A DNA stretch of 64,000 bases from an uncultured Spirochaetota bacterium (GCA_963745235.1 CAVUXE010000099.1:1-64000); one strand, 5' to 3'. Counted from the first letter of the stretch, positions 31,670 to 42,630 are shown. Notes: generated by a model from the letters alone, not told the origin. Translations and numbers: made by a program.

Positions 31670-31762
31670 TTTGTACCAGAAGGAGGGAGGCCTTTCAACC
31701 TGCCGCTCCTGCCGCCACGCTCCTGCCAGCCCCTTGCGGGCTGCCGGCGGCCGGCCTATTAT
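31670..31762. promoter_or_regulatory. Divergent sigma70-type promoters (gmd, minus; caspase, plus)
   Basis: Minus TTGAAA (31698-31693), 17 nt, TACAAA (31675-31670); plus TTGCGG (31734-31739), 17 nt, TATTAT (31757-31762). Confidence 0.45.
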
Positions 31763-31803
31763 GCGAGCAATTCATAATCGCTCATTCAGAAAGGGGATCG
31801 AAA

Positions 31804-32673
31804 ATGAAAAAGGCTCTTCTGGTCGGAATCAACGACTACCCGGGCACCCAGAACGATCTCATGGGATGCGTCAACGACATCACGAATGTCTATGACGTCC
31901 TCGTGAAGTACTTCGGGTTTCAGCCGGGTGACATCACGCTGCTCGCGGACAAGCGGGCAACAACAAAGGCCATCCTGGATGCCCTGGGAAAGCTGATTGC
32001 CGCGGGCGCACCCGGGGACACCCTGGTGTTCCACTACTCAGGCCACGGCTCGCAGGTGGCGGACGTCGAAGGTGATGAGGCGGACGGAAAGGATGAGATC
32101 ATCTGCCCCTACGACTTCGACTGGGACACCAACTACATCAAGGACGATGATTTTGCCCGGATCTTCAAGGACCTCCGGAAAGGGGTGGCCCTGGAGGTGA
32201 TTCTGGATTCCTGTCATTCAGGGACTGGAACCCGGGAGATGATCCTGGACCGCACCTCTCTTTCGACCCTCCCCGGTACGCAACTGTCGGAGGCAGACCT
32301 GTGGTCGAGCCCCCACTGCATCCGGCCGCGCTACCTGGCGCCTCCCGCTGATGTTGCGCTGCGCGCGGACGAGATCTTCGGCCGGGAGCTGCCCCTGGCC
32401 AGGCTCGGACGCGCCAATGCCGTCACGAACCACGTGCTGTGGGCGGCCTGCCGAGACAACCAGTACTCCGCGGACGCCGATGTGGGAGGCAAACCGGGCG
32501 GGGCCTTCACGTACTTCTTCTGCAGGCACGTTCGGGATGCGGCCGGCCGCATCAGCAGATCGGACCTCGTCAAACGAGTGAAGGCTTCCCTTTCTCATGA
32601 AGGCTTCTCCCAGGTGCCGCAGCTCGAGTGCACGGAGGCCTGCCGGAAGGCAGAGGTATTCGGAGGCGCATAG
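31804..32673 (+). CDS. Peptidase C14 metacaspase-like protease (stand-alone)
   Basis: KKALLVGINDY..L.GCVND, HYSGHG, DEIICPYD, ILDSCHSG (His/Cys dyad), AACRDNQYSADA, GAFT, QVPQL. Confidence 0.9.
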   Translation: MKKALLVGINDYPGTQNDLMGCVNDITNVYDVLVKYFGFQPGDITLLADKRATTKAILDALGKLIAAGAPGDTLVFHYSGHGSQVADVEGDEADGKDEIICPYDFDWDTNYIKDDDFARIFKDLRKGVALEVILDSCHSGTGTREMILDRTSLSTLPGTQLSEADLWSSPHCIRPRYLAPPADVALRADEIFGRELPLARLGRANAVTNHVLWAACRDNQYSADADVGGKPGGAFTYFFCRHVRDAAGRISRSDLVKRVKASLSHEGFSQVPQLECTEACRKAEVFGGA

Positions 32674-32706
32674 CCATCATCACGTAGCCGTCGTTACATT
32701 ATCCTC

Positions 32707-33252
32707 ATGACCAACGGACACATCTACGACTTCGTCATGAAGGACATCGGCGGCGTTGACGTCCCCCTGCGCAACTTCAGGGGCAAGGTGCTACTTGTCG
32801 TCAACGTCGCCAGCAAATGCGGATTCACGCCCCAGTATGCCGGCCTCCAGAGCCTCTACGAGCGCTACAGGGAAAGGGGGTTCGAGATCCTGGGCTTCCC
32901 GGCCAACGACTTCCTGTGGCAGGAGCCGGGGAGCGACCAGGAAATCAAGCAGTTTTGCTCAATGACCTACAACGTCAGCTTTCCCCTCTTCTCGAAGATC
33001 CCGGTCAAGGGAAGGAACATTCATCCGCTGTACAGTTTCCTCACGGACAAGGAGACCAACCCGAGCTTCAGCGGAAAGATCACGTGGAACTTCAACAAGT
33101 TCCTCGTGGACAGGAATGGCCGGATCGTGAACCGCTTTGATTCAAAGGTCGAGCCGCTGGACGAGCGTGTGCTTTCCGCGGTGGAGGCCGCGTGGCCGGT
33201 CAGGACGTCGCCGCCAGGACCTCAGCGGTCCGGACGTCAGCGGCCAGGATAG
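32707..33252 (+). CDS. Glutathione peroxidase family (Cys type); 3' end uncertain
   Basis: GKVLLVVNVASKCGFTPQY, LGFPANDF..QEPG, WNFNKFLVD. Confidence 0.9.
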   Translation: MTNGHIYDFVMKDIGGVDVPLRNFRGKVLLVVNVASKCGFTPQYAGLQSLYERYRERGFEILGFPANDFLWQEPGSDQEIKQFCSMTYNVSFPLFSKIPVKGRNIHPLYSFLTDKETNPSFSGKITWNFNKFLVDRNGRIVNRFDSKVEPLDERVLSAVEAAWPVRTSPPGPQRSGRQRPG

Positions 33253-33264
33253 TCCCTGACCCCC

Positions 33265-35806
33265 TCAGCGCGCGGATTCGTTGACCGGGAAAAGAACGCC
33301 GGACAGGATGTAGAGAAAAGCAACTCCGGCAAGCACAACGGAAAATCCAAGAGAGGTCGAAATAAGCCGGGTAAGGACCGACCCGGTCACTGACAGCGCG
33401 CCGTTGACTCCCCATGCCCAGGGCAGAACAGCCTTCCGTGACTCGGAGAGGGCAGCAAGCCCGGTGGGGAAGGGGACCCCCATGAAGAATCCCATGGGAG
33501 CCACCAGGACAGCGGTGATGAGGACTTTCACCAGGAGAGAGAGCCCGAGACAGGCCTGAAGGAGCGGCGGCACAGCGAACAGAAAGACGAGGACAAGAAT
33601 CCCGATGCCCACGGCCGCCGCCAGCACTTTGACCCTTCTTTGGAGACGAAGCGTCTCGGTCACGAGGCTTCCGATCCCTGATGAGATGAGAAGGATCGTG
33701 ATGATGATCGAGTTTGCGTACACAGGGTTTGCAAGGAAGAAGACGAACCGCTGGATCAGGAAGATCTCCGCCATGAGGTACGCGAGGCCAAGACAGGCAT
33801 AGTACACGATGATGCCCGCCGTCCCGCGCCTGCCCCGGAAAAGCTCGCGCCATCGCAGGACCAGCGGAAGAACGATGATGAGCGCACCGAAGATTATTGA
33901 CTGGAGAAACGTCGCCAGGAGCAGCAGGTAGCCCCATTCCTCGGATATCTCTCCCAGCCGGGGAAGAAACTGCGGGATGGACAGGGGTTTCAGATAGCCC
34001 GAGTAATATGGCCTGTCGTCCGTGGCGGGGCGGATGTCGAAGACGTATTTCGAGAAAAGCTCCGTCTCTCGATGGGAGAGCATCCACTCGAGTGAAAGGT
34101 GATAGAGGTCTGCCGGACGCAGGTCCATCTCGGGGCCCGCAGGCGCTGGCCCGCTGTCCGCGCCGCCCGCGCTGCCCGAATAGATGTCCGAGTACCCCTC
34201 CATGAGCCTGTCGAACCGCTTTGCATCGCTCAGCATCCCCGGGAAGTAGTTCACATCGAACGACATGCGGCGGCAGAAAGCCCTCAGGCGCGCCGTCTCC
34301 GCGGAAGTGAAGCCATTCTTCTTGACGAGCACGGTGGCGGTAGACAGGAGGAGATTGAAGGAAAAAACATCCTTGTCTATGGCGGGCAACCCCTCTTCCC
34401 GCAGCGCCTGGACTATCGTTGCAAGGAGGCGCGGCACGTTGCGGGGGGGGTTGAGCCTGTCCCAGACAGTGATAGAGAGTATCCCGGACGGGCTGAGCGA
34501 CTTCAGGTACTCCTTCATCGCTTCCACTGTGTAGGTATAGTTTTCTTCAACTGAATATCCGCCGGCCTGGGACAGCCCCGTGGAATCGATGAGGCTGATC
34601 TCCACCAGGTCGAACTTCTGATCCGTGGAGCCGGCAAACGCTCGGATCTCGGTATTCACCACCTTGACCCGGGGATCCTCCAGGATCCGTCCGGAAAAAC
34701 CCTGGAAGAAGGGCACATCCCGCATCATGTGGATAAGGTCGGGGTCAGGCTCCACTACCCAGACCTGCCGCGCCCCTTTGTGCAAGGGCAGTGAATATTC
34801 CCGCGCCCCCGCCCAACCGCAGGAGAAGGACCTTGGGATGATCAAGGACGAGGTACGGCGCCGACATGGGAAGGAAGTCGATGTACGCGTCTTCCGGGGG
34901 CGAAAGATGTCGCATGACGCCCACCGGACCGTCTCCGTCTACGTAGAGCCCCAGAAAAGCATTCCGGGGCATCCGGGCAAGGGAAACGCTCGCCGTGTCG
35001 CTCAGCCCGGGAGCAAAGTGGAAATAGGAGCTCTCGATTACCCGCATCTCTCCCAGGGGACTGAACGAGGAATACACCTGGCGCGAGTCGGGGAACTTTT
35101 CCGCGTAGCTCACGGGCTTGAAGTCGGAGACGAAGAGCTGCCCGAAGCTCAGGAGCAAGGCGTAGCTCATTCCAGCGATCGCGACGGTCAGAATGGCTTC
35201 AACGGCATGGATACGCGGCTTGTTGTCCTGCGGGCTCCATCGCACGCTGGAAAGCAGGGCCGGGATGACTGCAATCCCCACCAGGGGGTAGATGAGAAAG
35301 TCCGGGGGAAAGAGGAACATGAGCCCAAGGATGGCAACGCCTCCGATCCCGGAGCCGACCATGTTCCAGAAATACAGCTGGTGCATCCGGGAGGAGAAGG
35401 CAGTGAAGCAGACGCCGACGAACAAGCCGCCCGCAAAGAAGGGAATCCCGTAGACAAGATAGTACGCGCCGATCCACCAGAGCTGCGCGGGGTCCGACAC
35501 AATCAGGACGGGGTTGAACGGAATGTGCTGGGCAACCGTGTGGGCGACCGCCATGGATGGGCCAAGGGAAAACGCGGAGGTGGCAAGCCAGCCGTCAGGA
35601 TTTCTCCGCACGCTGTCCCCAAGGAAGGTCAGCAGCGTCCCGGCCACGCCGAAGCCCAGAAGGGCAATGCTGATGACCATGGAACCGAAGTTCGACCAGC
35701 TGCCCACGGAGAAGACGCGCATCACCTCGATCTCGAAGCCGAGCACACAGATCGACACAAGAAAGAGCGCCGCCATGCGCACGTCGGAGAGTTTCATGGG
35801 TCTCAT
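33265..35806 (-). CDS. Membrane-embedded spermidine-synthase-like SAM-dependent protein; frameshift ~34775
   Basis: N-terminal TMs (ISIALLGFG..GT), LGGGAG and VVE SAM motif, PATDDRPYY, C-terminal TMs with WAWGVNGALSV. Confidence 0.75.
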
Positions 35807-35812
35807 GAGAGG

Positions 35813-37174
35813 TTAGTCTTTTTGGTCCCCAGCCCTGTGAACTCCGCCGCCCCGGGCCGTGAAGGGGACGAAGATCTGCTTGTGCCTGCCATGATAGATG
35901 TCTTCACGCTCCAGGCTCACAGTCCCGTCCGCGGCGACTTTTTTGACTATGCGGAGAATGGTCTGGCCGGACGGCGGCCCGATGGGAATGACCATGATCC
36001 CGCCAGGAGCAAGCTGCCTGATGAGCGCGGGCGGAACGTGGTCTATCCCGCACGTCACGATGATCCTGTCGAAGGGTGCGTACTCTTCCCAGCCGTAGTA
36101 GCCGTCATCCACTTTTCTCTTGATGTTCCTGTACTCCGGGTACGTAGGCTCCAGGCGCTTGTAAATGGCGTCCGTCTGGCGGGCAAGCTTCTCGATGATC
36201 TCTATGGTATAGACGTGGTTTGAGATTTCCGACAGCAGCGATGACTGGTACCCGGATCCCGTTCCGATCTCCAGGACTTTCTGTTCCGGCAGGGGATCGA
36301 GGTAGTCGGTCATCCGGGAGACCAGGTGCGGTCCCGAGATGGTCTGACCGTACCCGATGGGCAGCACTGCGTTTTCATACGCGCGGCGGGGGTCTCGGGA
36401 AAAATACTCCCGCGGGGCCCGCAGGAACGCCTCCCGGACGCGCTCGTGTGTGAAGTTGCCCAGGCGCTGGATCATCTGTGCCCTGTCCCACTTCGCCTTC
36501 AAGAACTTCGCCTGCTGGTCGGTGTGCTTGACCATCCAGTCCACGAACGCATCTTTATTGTCAAAGGGTGGGTTGTCCGTCCGGGTGGCTACGTCGAAAG
36601 GCACCGCGGGCTCAGGGCCGGAAAGGAGGATGCCGCTGGCGCCGGGGGTTCCAGTTGCGGGTTGCCGGGCGGCGAGTCGTGCCCCGGCAGGTGCTCCCGC
36701 GGCGGGTCCGGCGATGGGGCCCGTGGCGGTTTGTGCCGCCGCCGTGTCCGCGGAGGCACTCTGCGGGTTGATGGCAACGGCGGCTGGACCCTGAGCGGCA
36801 TCTCCCGCAACGCCGCCCGCCGGGACGTCAGAAGGGTTTCCGGTGGCGGCCGGCTGCGCTGCCGGGCTTGCCTGTGTTGCCTCAGTGGGGAGCTGCAGGT
36901 GAATCTCTTGGGTCAGGACAAAAACCGCAAGGAGGACCAGCAGCCCTCCCGCCGAAAGCAGCAGGACCAGGAGAGCGCCGCCCCTGCGCTTCTTGCCGGG
37001 CGCGCCGGAGGACGCCTTGGATGCGGAGGGCTGCAGGCTCGCGGGCTGTGTGCCGGGAGGCGTGAAACCGCAGACCTGGCACGGTTTTCCAGGTTCGATG
37101 TCGAATCCACACTTGGGACAGGATGTCGGCCGGCTCCCCGCGGGGGTCCTGTTTTTCTCTGGCACACTGCTCAC
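35813..37174 (-). CDS. pcm: Protein-L-isoaspartate O-methyltransferase with N-terminal zinc ribbon, TM helix and Ala/Pro linker
   Basis: PIGYGQTIS, VLEIGTGSGYQ, TIEII, DGYYGWEEYAPFDRIIVT, QLAPGG..IPIG, FVPF; N-terminal CPKC..CQVC then hydrophobic segment. Confidence 0.85.
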   Translation of the reverse strand: MSSVPEKNRTPAGSRPTSCPKCGFDIEPGKPCQVCGFTPPGTQPASLQPSASKASSGAPGKKRRGGALLVLLLSAGGLLVLLAVFVLTQEIHLQLPTEATQASPAAQPAATGNPSDVPAGGVAGDAAQGPAAVAINPQSASADTAAAQTATGPIAGPAAGAPAGARLAARQPATGTPGASGILLSGPEPAVPFDVATRTDNPPFDNKDAFVDWMVKHTDQQAKFLKAKWDRAQMIQRLGNFTHERVREAFLRAPREYFSRDPRRAYENAVLPIGYGQTISGPHLVSRMTDYLDPLPEQKVLEIGTGSGYQSSLLSEISNHVYTIEIIEKLARQTDAIYKRLEPTYPEYRNIKRKVDDGYYGWEEYAPFDRIIVTCGIDHVPPALIRQLAPGGIMVIPIGPPSGQTILRIVKKVAADGTVSLEREDIYHGRHKQIFVPFTARGGGVHRAGDQKD

Positions 37175-37333
37175 CTGTATGAACGCCCTCCCGAAATTAT
37201 CGACCCTTTTGTCCGCCGAATTGAGGATGCCACGGAACCGGGGTCCTCGAATAGTGCCCGGGAAGGCTCCCTGCGTAGAAAGTACACCCGCCAGCCTTGA
37301 AAGAATACCCCGCTTGGGCTATGAAGAGCGAAC

Positions 37334-38518
37334 ATGAATCAAGGCGTAGAACGACTCGTTTTGGGTGATCGCACCATCATTCTGGTAGGAACAGCGCACA
37401 TCTCGCGGGACAGCGTGGATGAAGTCCGCCGGGTGATTGAAGAAGAGTCTCCGGACCGGGTCTGCGTGGAGCTGGATGACGGCCGCCATACCTCCCTGAC
37501 CCAGGGCAACTCGTGGCAGAACCTGAACATCGGCAAGGTGATCAGGGAAGGGAAGGGCTTCCTTCTCATGGCCAACCTCGTCCTTGCTTCGTTTCAAAGA
37601 CGGCTGGGGAGCGAGCTGGGAGTCCGCCCCGGTGAGGAGATGCTGGCCGCCATCCAGGCCGCGCAGGAAAAGGGGATCCCTTTTTCCCTCTGTGACCGCA
37701 ACATCCAGATCACGCTCCGCCGGGCCTGGTCCCGGACGGGAGCGTGGGGAAAAATGAAGATGCTTGCCGCCATGCTCACCTCCGTGTTCACCACGGAGAA
37801 GCTCAGCCCGCAGGACATCGAGAAGCTCAAGGAGAAGGATGTTCTCCAGGAAATGATGGAAGAGCTGGCCGCGTATCTTCCGGGAGCAAAAGAGGTCCTG
37901 ATCGACGAGCGGGATATCTACCTCGCCACCAGGGTCTTCCAGGCAGACGGCAAAAAGATCGTGGCCGTGGTGGGCGCGGGTCACCTGTCCGGCATAGCCA
38001 GACACATCCAGGCGCTCTCCGAGAACAGGGAGGCCGCGGACCTTTCGTCCCTGGACAAGCTCCCCGAGCGCAGGTGGACGGGAAAGGTTCTCCCGTGGAC
38101 CATCCCGGCCATCATCCTTGCCCTGTTCGTCCTCGGGGTCATCCGGGCCGGATGGAATCTGAGCCTCGCGATGTTCGGCCGATGGGTGCTGATCCACGGC
38201 GGTCTTGCCGCCGTTGGCTCACTCATCGCCTGGGCCCACCCGTTGACCATCCTTATCGCGTTCGTGGGAGCGCCCATCGGAACGTTCAACCCCTTCGGGA
38301 AGATCGGGCTCTTCACCGGCGCGGCGGAGGCGTACCTCCGCAAGCCGCGCGTCAGGGACCTGGAAGGCCTGGCGGAGGACGTTGGCACGTTCAAGGGCTT
38401 CTACACGAACAGGGTGACGCACATCCTCATCGTGTTCTTCATGTCCACTCTGGGCGCGGCCATCGGCAACATCATTTCGATTCCGTTTCTGACGGCTCTT
38501 CTGCGAGGCGCCCGGTAA
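37334..38518 (+). CDS. TraB/PrgY/GumN family protein
   Basis: LVGTAHIS, VCVELD, PGEEM, DRNIQITLRR, LIDERDIYLA, VVGAGH; C-terminal TMs. Confidence 0.9.
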   Translation: MNQGVERLVLGDRTIILVGTAHISRDSVDEVRRVIEEESPDRVCVELDDGRHTSLTQGNSWQNLNIGKVIREGKGFLLMANLVLASFQRRLGSELGVRPGEEMLAAIQAAQEKGIPFSLCDRNIQITLRRAWSRTGAWGKMKMLAAMLTSVFTTEKLSPQDIEKLKEKDVLQEMMEELAAYLPGAKEVLIDERDIYLATRVFQADGKKIVAVVGAGHLSGIARHIQALSENREAADLSSLDKLPERRWTGKVLPWTIPAIILALFVLGVIRAGWNLSLAMFGRWVLIHGGLAAVGSLIAWAHPLTILIAFVGAPIGTFNPFGKIGLFTGAAEAYLRKPRVRDLEGLAEDVGTFKGFYTNRVTHILIVFFMSTLGAAIGNIISIPFLTALLRGAR

Positions 38519-38523
38519 GGAGC

Positions 38524-39645
38524 TTACCTCCGCTCCCGTTGCCGCAGCGGTCTCTCCTCGCGGAACCGCAGGGAATAGGCGGTTGGATCCTCTCCATTGT
38601 TTCGCCGCGAATACAGCCGCGTCAGGTACCTGACTGATGCCATGCGCATCTCCACGTCGGCGCGGTCCCGCTGGAGCTGATCAAAGAACTGCGCCGTCGT
38701 GAGGGTGGCGGAAATATCGCCCCTTCCGAAGCCCTGGTCGTGAAGCCTTTGGAGCCGCAGGAGCCTGGCATGGACCCTTTCAAGGCGAAACAGGGTCCTG
38801 CGCAAGCGCAGGATGGTCCCGGCCACGGCACGTTTTTCCCTGTCGAGGTCCGTCGCTGCCCCTATCTTTCCCTGCCTGTCCTCCGCAATCCACTTGGAAA
38901 TGATCGTCTGCTGGCGCCTCAAGGCCCCGTAGTCCTTGTCGAATACCTCGCGCAACCGCTGGTACCGGAGGGCATTCGCCTGGATGAGCCGAAACGCGTT
39001 GGCACGCACCGCTGCCCTGCGCTGCTCCGCCCACGTGCTTCGAAAAGCATCAAGGTCAGATGCGGCCACGGGCACGCTTCGAAACGGGCCGTCAGCCTGG
39101 TTCTCAACGACGGTCCCGGGCGTGGCCTGATACTCGGTACCGTTCTCCGCCGTGCAGGCCACCGCGCCCGTGCTGCAGTCCACGAGGACGTCCCCCGCGT
39201 CCGATGTCGTCACCGTGAGCTCGGTGCCCCTGACTCCAAGGACCGTTGTCTCGGTCTGCACGTCAAGGTCCTGGTCCGAGGAAAGGGCCGAGACCTTGAG
39301 GCGGAGTGAGCCGCTGATGAGGTTGATGGAGCTGTGCGTGTGGCCCTGCAGCGCAGACAGCTCGAAGGTGAATTGCGTGTCGGGGGACAGGGAGAGCGTT
39401 GAAGCGGGAGCCTGGGCGGATGTCACTTTGATCTGCGCGCTGCCATCATCCCCCGTCTTCACGAGATCAAAGTTTTCAACGGGAGCTCCAATGACCACCG
39501 CATCAGCGGCAAGGGCCGCGCCGTTTCTCACCACCGAAACATCGCCCTCCAGATAGACTGTCTCGCCAATCTGTCCCTGCTCGACAGAGCCGTTCGAGGG
39601 CGCCAGCAGGAGCGGCAGGAAAAAGAAGAGGACCAGCTTTCGCAT
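38524..39645 (-). CDS. Exported FecR-domain protein with helical C-terminal region
   Basis: Signal peptide, YLEGDVSV, VKTGDDG, VLGVRGTE; Arg-rich helical C-half. Confidence 0.72.
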   Translation of the reverse strand: MRKLVLFFFLPLLLAPSNGSVEQGQIGETVYLEGDVSVVRNGAALAADAVVIGAPVENFDLVKTGDDGSAQIKVTSAQAPASTLSLSPDTQFTFELSALQGHTHSSINLISGSLRLKVSALSSDQDLDVQTETTVLGVRGTELTVTTSDAGDVLVDCSTGAVACTAENGTEYQATPGTVVENQADGPFRSVPVAASDLDAFRSTWAEQRRAAVRANAFRLIQANALRYQRLREVFDKDYGALRRQQTIISKWIAEDRQGKIGAATDLDREKRAVAGTILRLRRTLFRLERVHARLLRLQRLHDQGFGRGDISATLTTAQFFDQLQRDRADVEMRMASVRYLTRLYSRRNNGEDPTAYSLRFREERPLRQRERR

Positions 39646-39677
39646 CGATCGCCTCCCGTGTTGAGCTTGTCAGCGTG

Positions 39678-40997
39678 CTACTGACCGGGGAACCTGTACC
39701 TTCGCCTGTGAAGGTTCACAAGGATGCCCACGCTGGCCAGGGCTGCCCACAGGGAAGACCCGCCGTAGGAAAGAAAAAGAAGCGGGATTCCCGTGACGGG
39801 CATGATTCCCATGGCCATGCCCGCGTTGATCACCAGGTGGAGGAAGAGCATGGCCAGGATGCCGCCGCCAGCGAGGTGGGCAAAGGAGTCCGCCCTCAGG
39901 CTCCAGACGATGCTCAGGCCCCTGAGCAGGACGATGAGGTAGAGCAGAAACACGAGCAACCCGCCAAGGAATCCCCATTCCTCTGACACGATGGAAAATA
40001 TGAAGTCCGTGCTCTGCGAGGGAAGGAACTGGTAGTGGCTCTGCGTCCCGTGCAGGAACCCTTTGCCGTGGAAGCCGCCGGAGCCGATAGCGGTAAGGCT
40101 CTGCAGGATGTTCCAGCCCGATCCCTGCGGGTCCAGGTGCGGGTTCAAAAAGATCACGAACCGCATGATCTGGTAGTCCTTGAGCGCCAGGCGGACGGCA
40201 ATGGAACAGACCGCGGACACCATGACGAGGGAGGCGAAATAGAAGATCCAGTAGAAGTACACGCGTCGGGAAGCGCGGAATCCCATCAGCGACAGCCCCG
40301 CAACCACCGCGCCCGGCGGGATGAGATAGAGGAGGGACGTCGGCTCGCGCATCATGCCCAGGAGGGCGGGGCCGTGCCCCGTGCGCTGCAGGATGCTCGG
40401 CAGCGCCGCCATGACGATCGTGAGCGCCCCGACCATGAAGATGAAGAACAGGTGGCGAAGCTGCGCTCCCGCCATGAATGCCATGAAAAGGAAGATGAAG
40501 ACCAGGACAAGGGTGGTGCCGAGGTCGGGCTGCAGAAGGATCAGCCCCAGGGGCACCATTGTGATGAAGACGCCCAGGAGCAGTCTTGGCAGCTCCCGCA
40601 CCCCGTTGCCGATGTTGGAGAAATAGGTGGCCAGAAAGAGAATGAGAGAGAGCTTCGCGAACTCGGAGGGCTGAATACCGAGCTCTCCAACACCCAGCCA
40701 GGATCTGTGGCCGTTCACGTCCCTGCCGATGGCAAGGGTCACGAGGAGGAGAACCAGCGAAATTGCGTAGATGTAGACGGACAGCATCCGAAGAGTTCCG
40801 TAGTTGAGGAAGGAAAAAAGGAGCAGGATCCCGATGCCCGTGGCGGCCCAGATGAGCTGCTTGATATACTCACGGGAAACCGCGATGCCGCTGGAGTTGA
40901 CGCCGCTCGAATAGATGAAAAGCACACCCACCATGATGAGAAGGAAAGTCGCGCCAAAAAGCACGAAGTCGAAGGAAAAGGTGAGTGACCGTCTCAT
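39678..40997 (-). CDS. rodA: Rod shape-determining protein RodA (SEDS)
   Basis: IQPSEFAK, LQPDLGT, GWNILQS..AIGSGG..GKG, TDFIFS..SEEWG, PVTGIPL.FLSYGGS. Confidence 0.92.
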   Translation of the reverse strand: MRRSLTFSFDFVLFGATFLLIMVGVLFIYSSGVNSSGIAVSREYIKQLIWAATGIGILLLFSFLNYGTLRMLSVYIYAISLVLLLVTLAIGRDVNGHRSWLGVGELGIQPSEFAKLSLILFLATYFSNIGNGVRELPRLLLGVFITMVPLGLILLQPDLGTTLVLVFIFLFMAFMAGAQLRHLFFIFMVGALTIVMAALPSILQRTGHGPALLGMMREPTSLLYLIPPGAVVAGLSLMGFRASRRVYFYWIFYFASLVMVSAVCSIAVRLALKDYQIMRFVIFLNPHLDPQGSGWNILQSLTAIGSGGFHGKGFLHGTQSHYQFLPSQSTDFIFSIVSEEWGFLGGLLVFLLYLIVLLRGLSIVWSLRADSFAHLAGGGILAMLFLHLVINAGMAMGIMPVTGIPLLFLSYGGSSLWAALASVGILVNLHRRRYRFPGQ

Positions 40998-41107
40998 GGT
41001 GACTTTCTATCATGTTCGATGGCTGCGCTCCAATAGGCGCGGTTGCGGGCGCGGTTGCCGGAAGTCGCTTTTCAGCCAATAATGCGTTCTCAAGGGAGAA
41101 CACAGTC

Positions 41108-42037
41108 ATGCGAAACGCGAGCAAGATCTCAAGGGATTTCTGGGACTACACCACTCTGGACCCGAAGTTGCTGGACGACGCGGCTCGATTGACGGAAAAG
41201 GACATTGAGCAGATGGGACGGCCTGGGTTCATCGTGAAGCTCTACGATAGCCTGGAGGCCTTCTTCAACGCCGAGGCCCTCGAATACGTCTGGACCTGGA
41301 AGCAGTCCACCAAGAGCAGGCCGGCGGGAATCTGCGGTCCCATCGGCCCGACGGAGCAACTCCCCCTTGTCGCGCAGATCGTGAATGACCTCGAGATAGA
41401 CGTGAGGGAAGGCCACTTCTGGGCCATGGACGAGTGGTACGCTGACGGTCGGGAGGTTGCTGTCACTCATCCTCTGAGCTTCGCGAAGGCGGACCTGGAT
41501 CTGTGCTTCAACAGGATCGACAAGAAACTGCGGATGCCTGACTCCAACCTTCATTTCATCACGTCAAAAGGGATAACGGAATACTCCCGGTCCTATGACG
41601 CAGCCACGTGCCTGATCATGCAGGGCGGCCAGGGAGAGGTGAAACACTGGGCGTTCAACGATCCTCCCCAGCGGGAGGGGGCGCACAAGGATTCACCGCC
41701 GAGTCCTGCCGAATATCGGAAGCTTTCGACCAGGGTCGTTGACCTCCACCCCATGACCATCATCCAGAACGCGCGCACATCAGGCGGAGGCGTGGTTTCC
41801 GCCGTCCCTTCCCAGGCGCTGTCGGTCGGGCCCGTTGAGACATGGAAGGCGGAGAAGGTCTCCATCTGGCATCCCGGATGGCATGACAACCCCTTTGGAT
41901 TGCGCCTGACAACGCTCATGATCTCAAAGAGACTTCCGGATTCTTCGGTGCCCATGAGTCTCCTTGCTGATCACCCCAACGTGCAGTTCAACTTCTTCCG
42001 CGGCGGCATTGGCACCTGCCAGGCGGAGATGCACTAG
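41108..42037 (+). CDS. Glucosamine-6-phosphate isomerase/deaminase (NagB)-like protein
   Basis: [41 protein letters not shown]; divergent from canonical NagB. Confidence 0.6.
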   Translation: MRNASKISRDFWDYTTLDPKLLDDAARLTEKDIEQMGRPGFIVKLYDSLEAFFNAEALEYVWTWKQSTKSRPAGICGPIGPTEQLPLVAQIVNDLEIDVREGHFWAMDEWYADGREVAVTHPLSFAKADLDLCFNRIDKKLRMPDSNLHFITSKGITEYSRSYDAATCLIMQGGQGEVKHWAFNDPPQREGAHKDSPPSPAEYRKLSTRVVDLHPMTIIQNARTSGGGVVSAVPSQALSVGPVETWKAEKVSIWHPGWHDNPFGLRLTTLMISKRLPDSSVPMSLLADHPNVQFNFFRGGIGTCQAEMH

Positions 42038-42073
42038 GTGTGCGCGCGACCTATCAATCGCCATGGTGCAGCG

Positions 42074-42574
42074 GTGACACGGGGTATCCGTTTCTCGCAC
42101 GCCCGGATCCTGCCCGCGCTGATTCTGGGATCCACCTTGCTCCTGGCAGGCGCCACGCTTCCAGACTCCCAGACTCCGCCGGCTCTCAAGACGGAAAGGG
42201 ACGTGCAGAGCCTTTGTGAGAACGCCCTGTCCCATGTCGTGGAGGGAGACCTGGCGCAAGGTATTGCCACGCTTCGCCCTTATGCCACCAGCATCTCCAA
42301 GGAAGACGTCGACAGCCTGGAAAGCCAGCTCCTGGGCCAGGAGGGGACCATCAAGCAAAGCTACGGAGATGCCATTGGCTACCTGTTGATTTCAAGAGAG
42401 AACCTCAAAGATGCAATCCTCAAGCTCGTATACGTCGTGAAGTACGAGCGGCATCTCATCCGCTGGTCGTTCATATTTTACAAGCCGTACGACTCATGGA
42501 TTCTTGACTACTTCAACTACGACGACGATATCGAGGCCCTGTTCGGACCCAAGACGCCGGCGCCGTCAAAGTAG
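42074..42574 (+). CDS. Exported hypothetical protein
   Basis: Signal peptide; YVVKYER..RW.FIFYKP..W motif; coding-like composition. Confidence 0.55.
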   Translation: MTRGIRFSHARILPALILGSTLLLAGATLPDSQTPPALKTERDVQSLCENALSHVVEGDLAQGIATLRPYATSISKEDVDSLESQLLGQEGTIKQSYGDAIGYLLISRENLKDAILKLVYVVKYERHLIRWSFIFYKPYDSWILDYFNYDDDIEALFGPKTPAPSK

Positions 42575-42630
42575 CGCAAGGGGGGGCGGGCGCCGCGGGG
42601 GCGCCAGGCGCCGTGGCGCCTCACCGTCCG

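Noticed and set aside
30844-31803. Long N-terminal extension of the caspase ORF (609 aa)
   Set aside because: Antisense shadow of gmd; real start is ATG 31804 with SD.
33200-33250. Three or four imperfect 15-bp tandem units (CAGGACGTCAGCGGC-like)
   Set aside because: Too short and degenerate, no spacers; probably a low-complexity gpx tail, not CRISPR.
34625-37300. Long plus-strand ORFs (532 aa, 324 aa) and similar antisense ORFs elsewhere
   Set aside because: Shadows of real opposite-strand genes in GC-rich DNA; no recognisable motifs.
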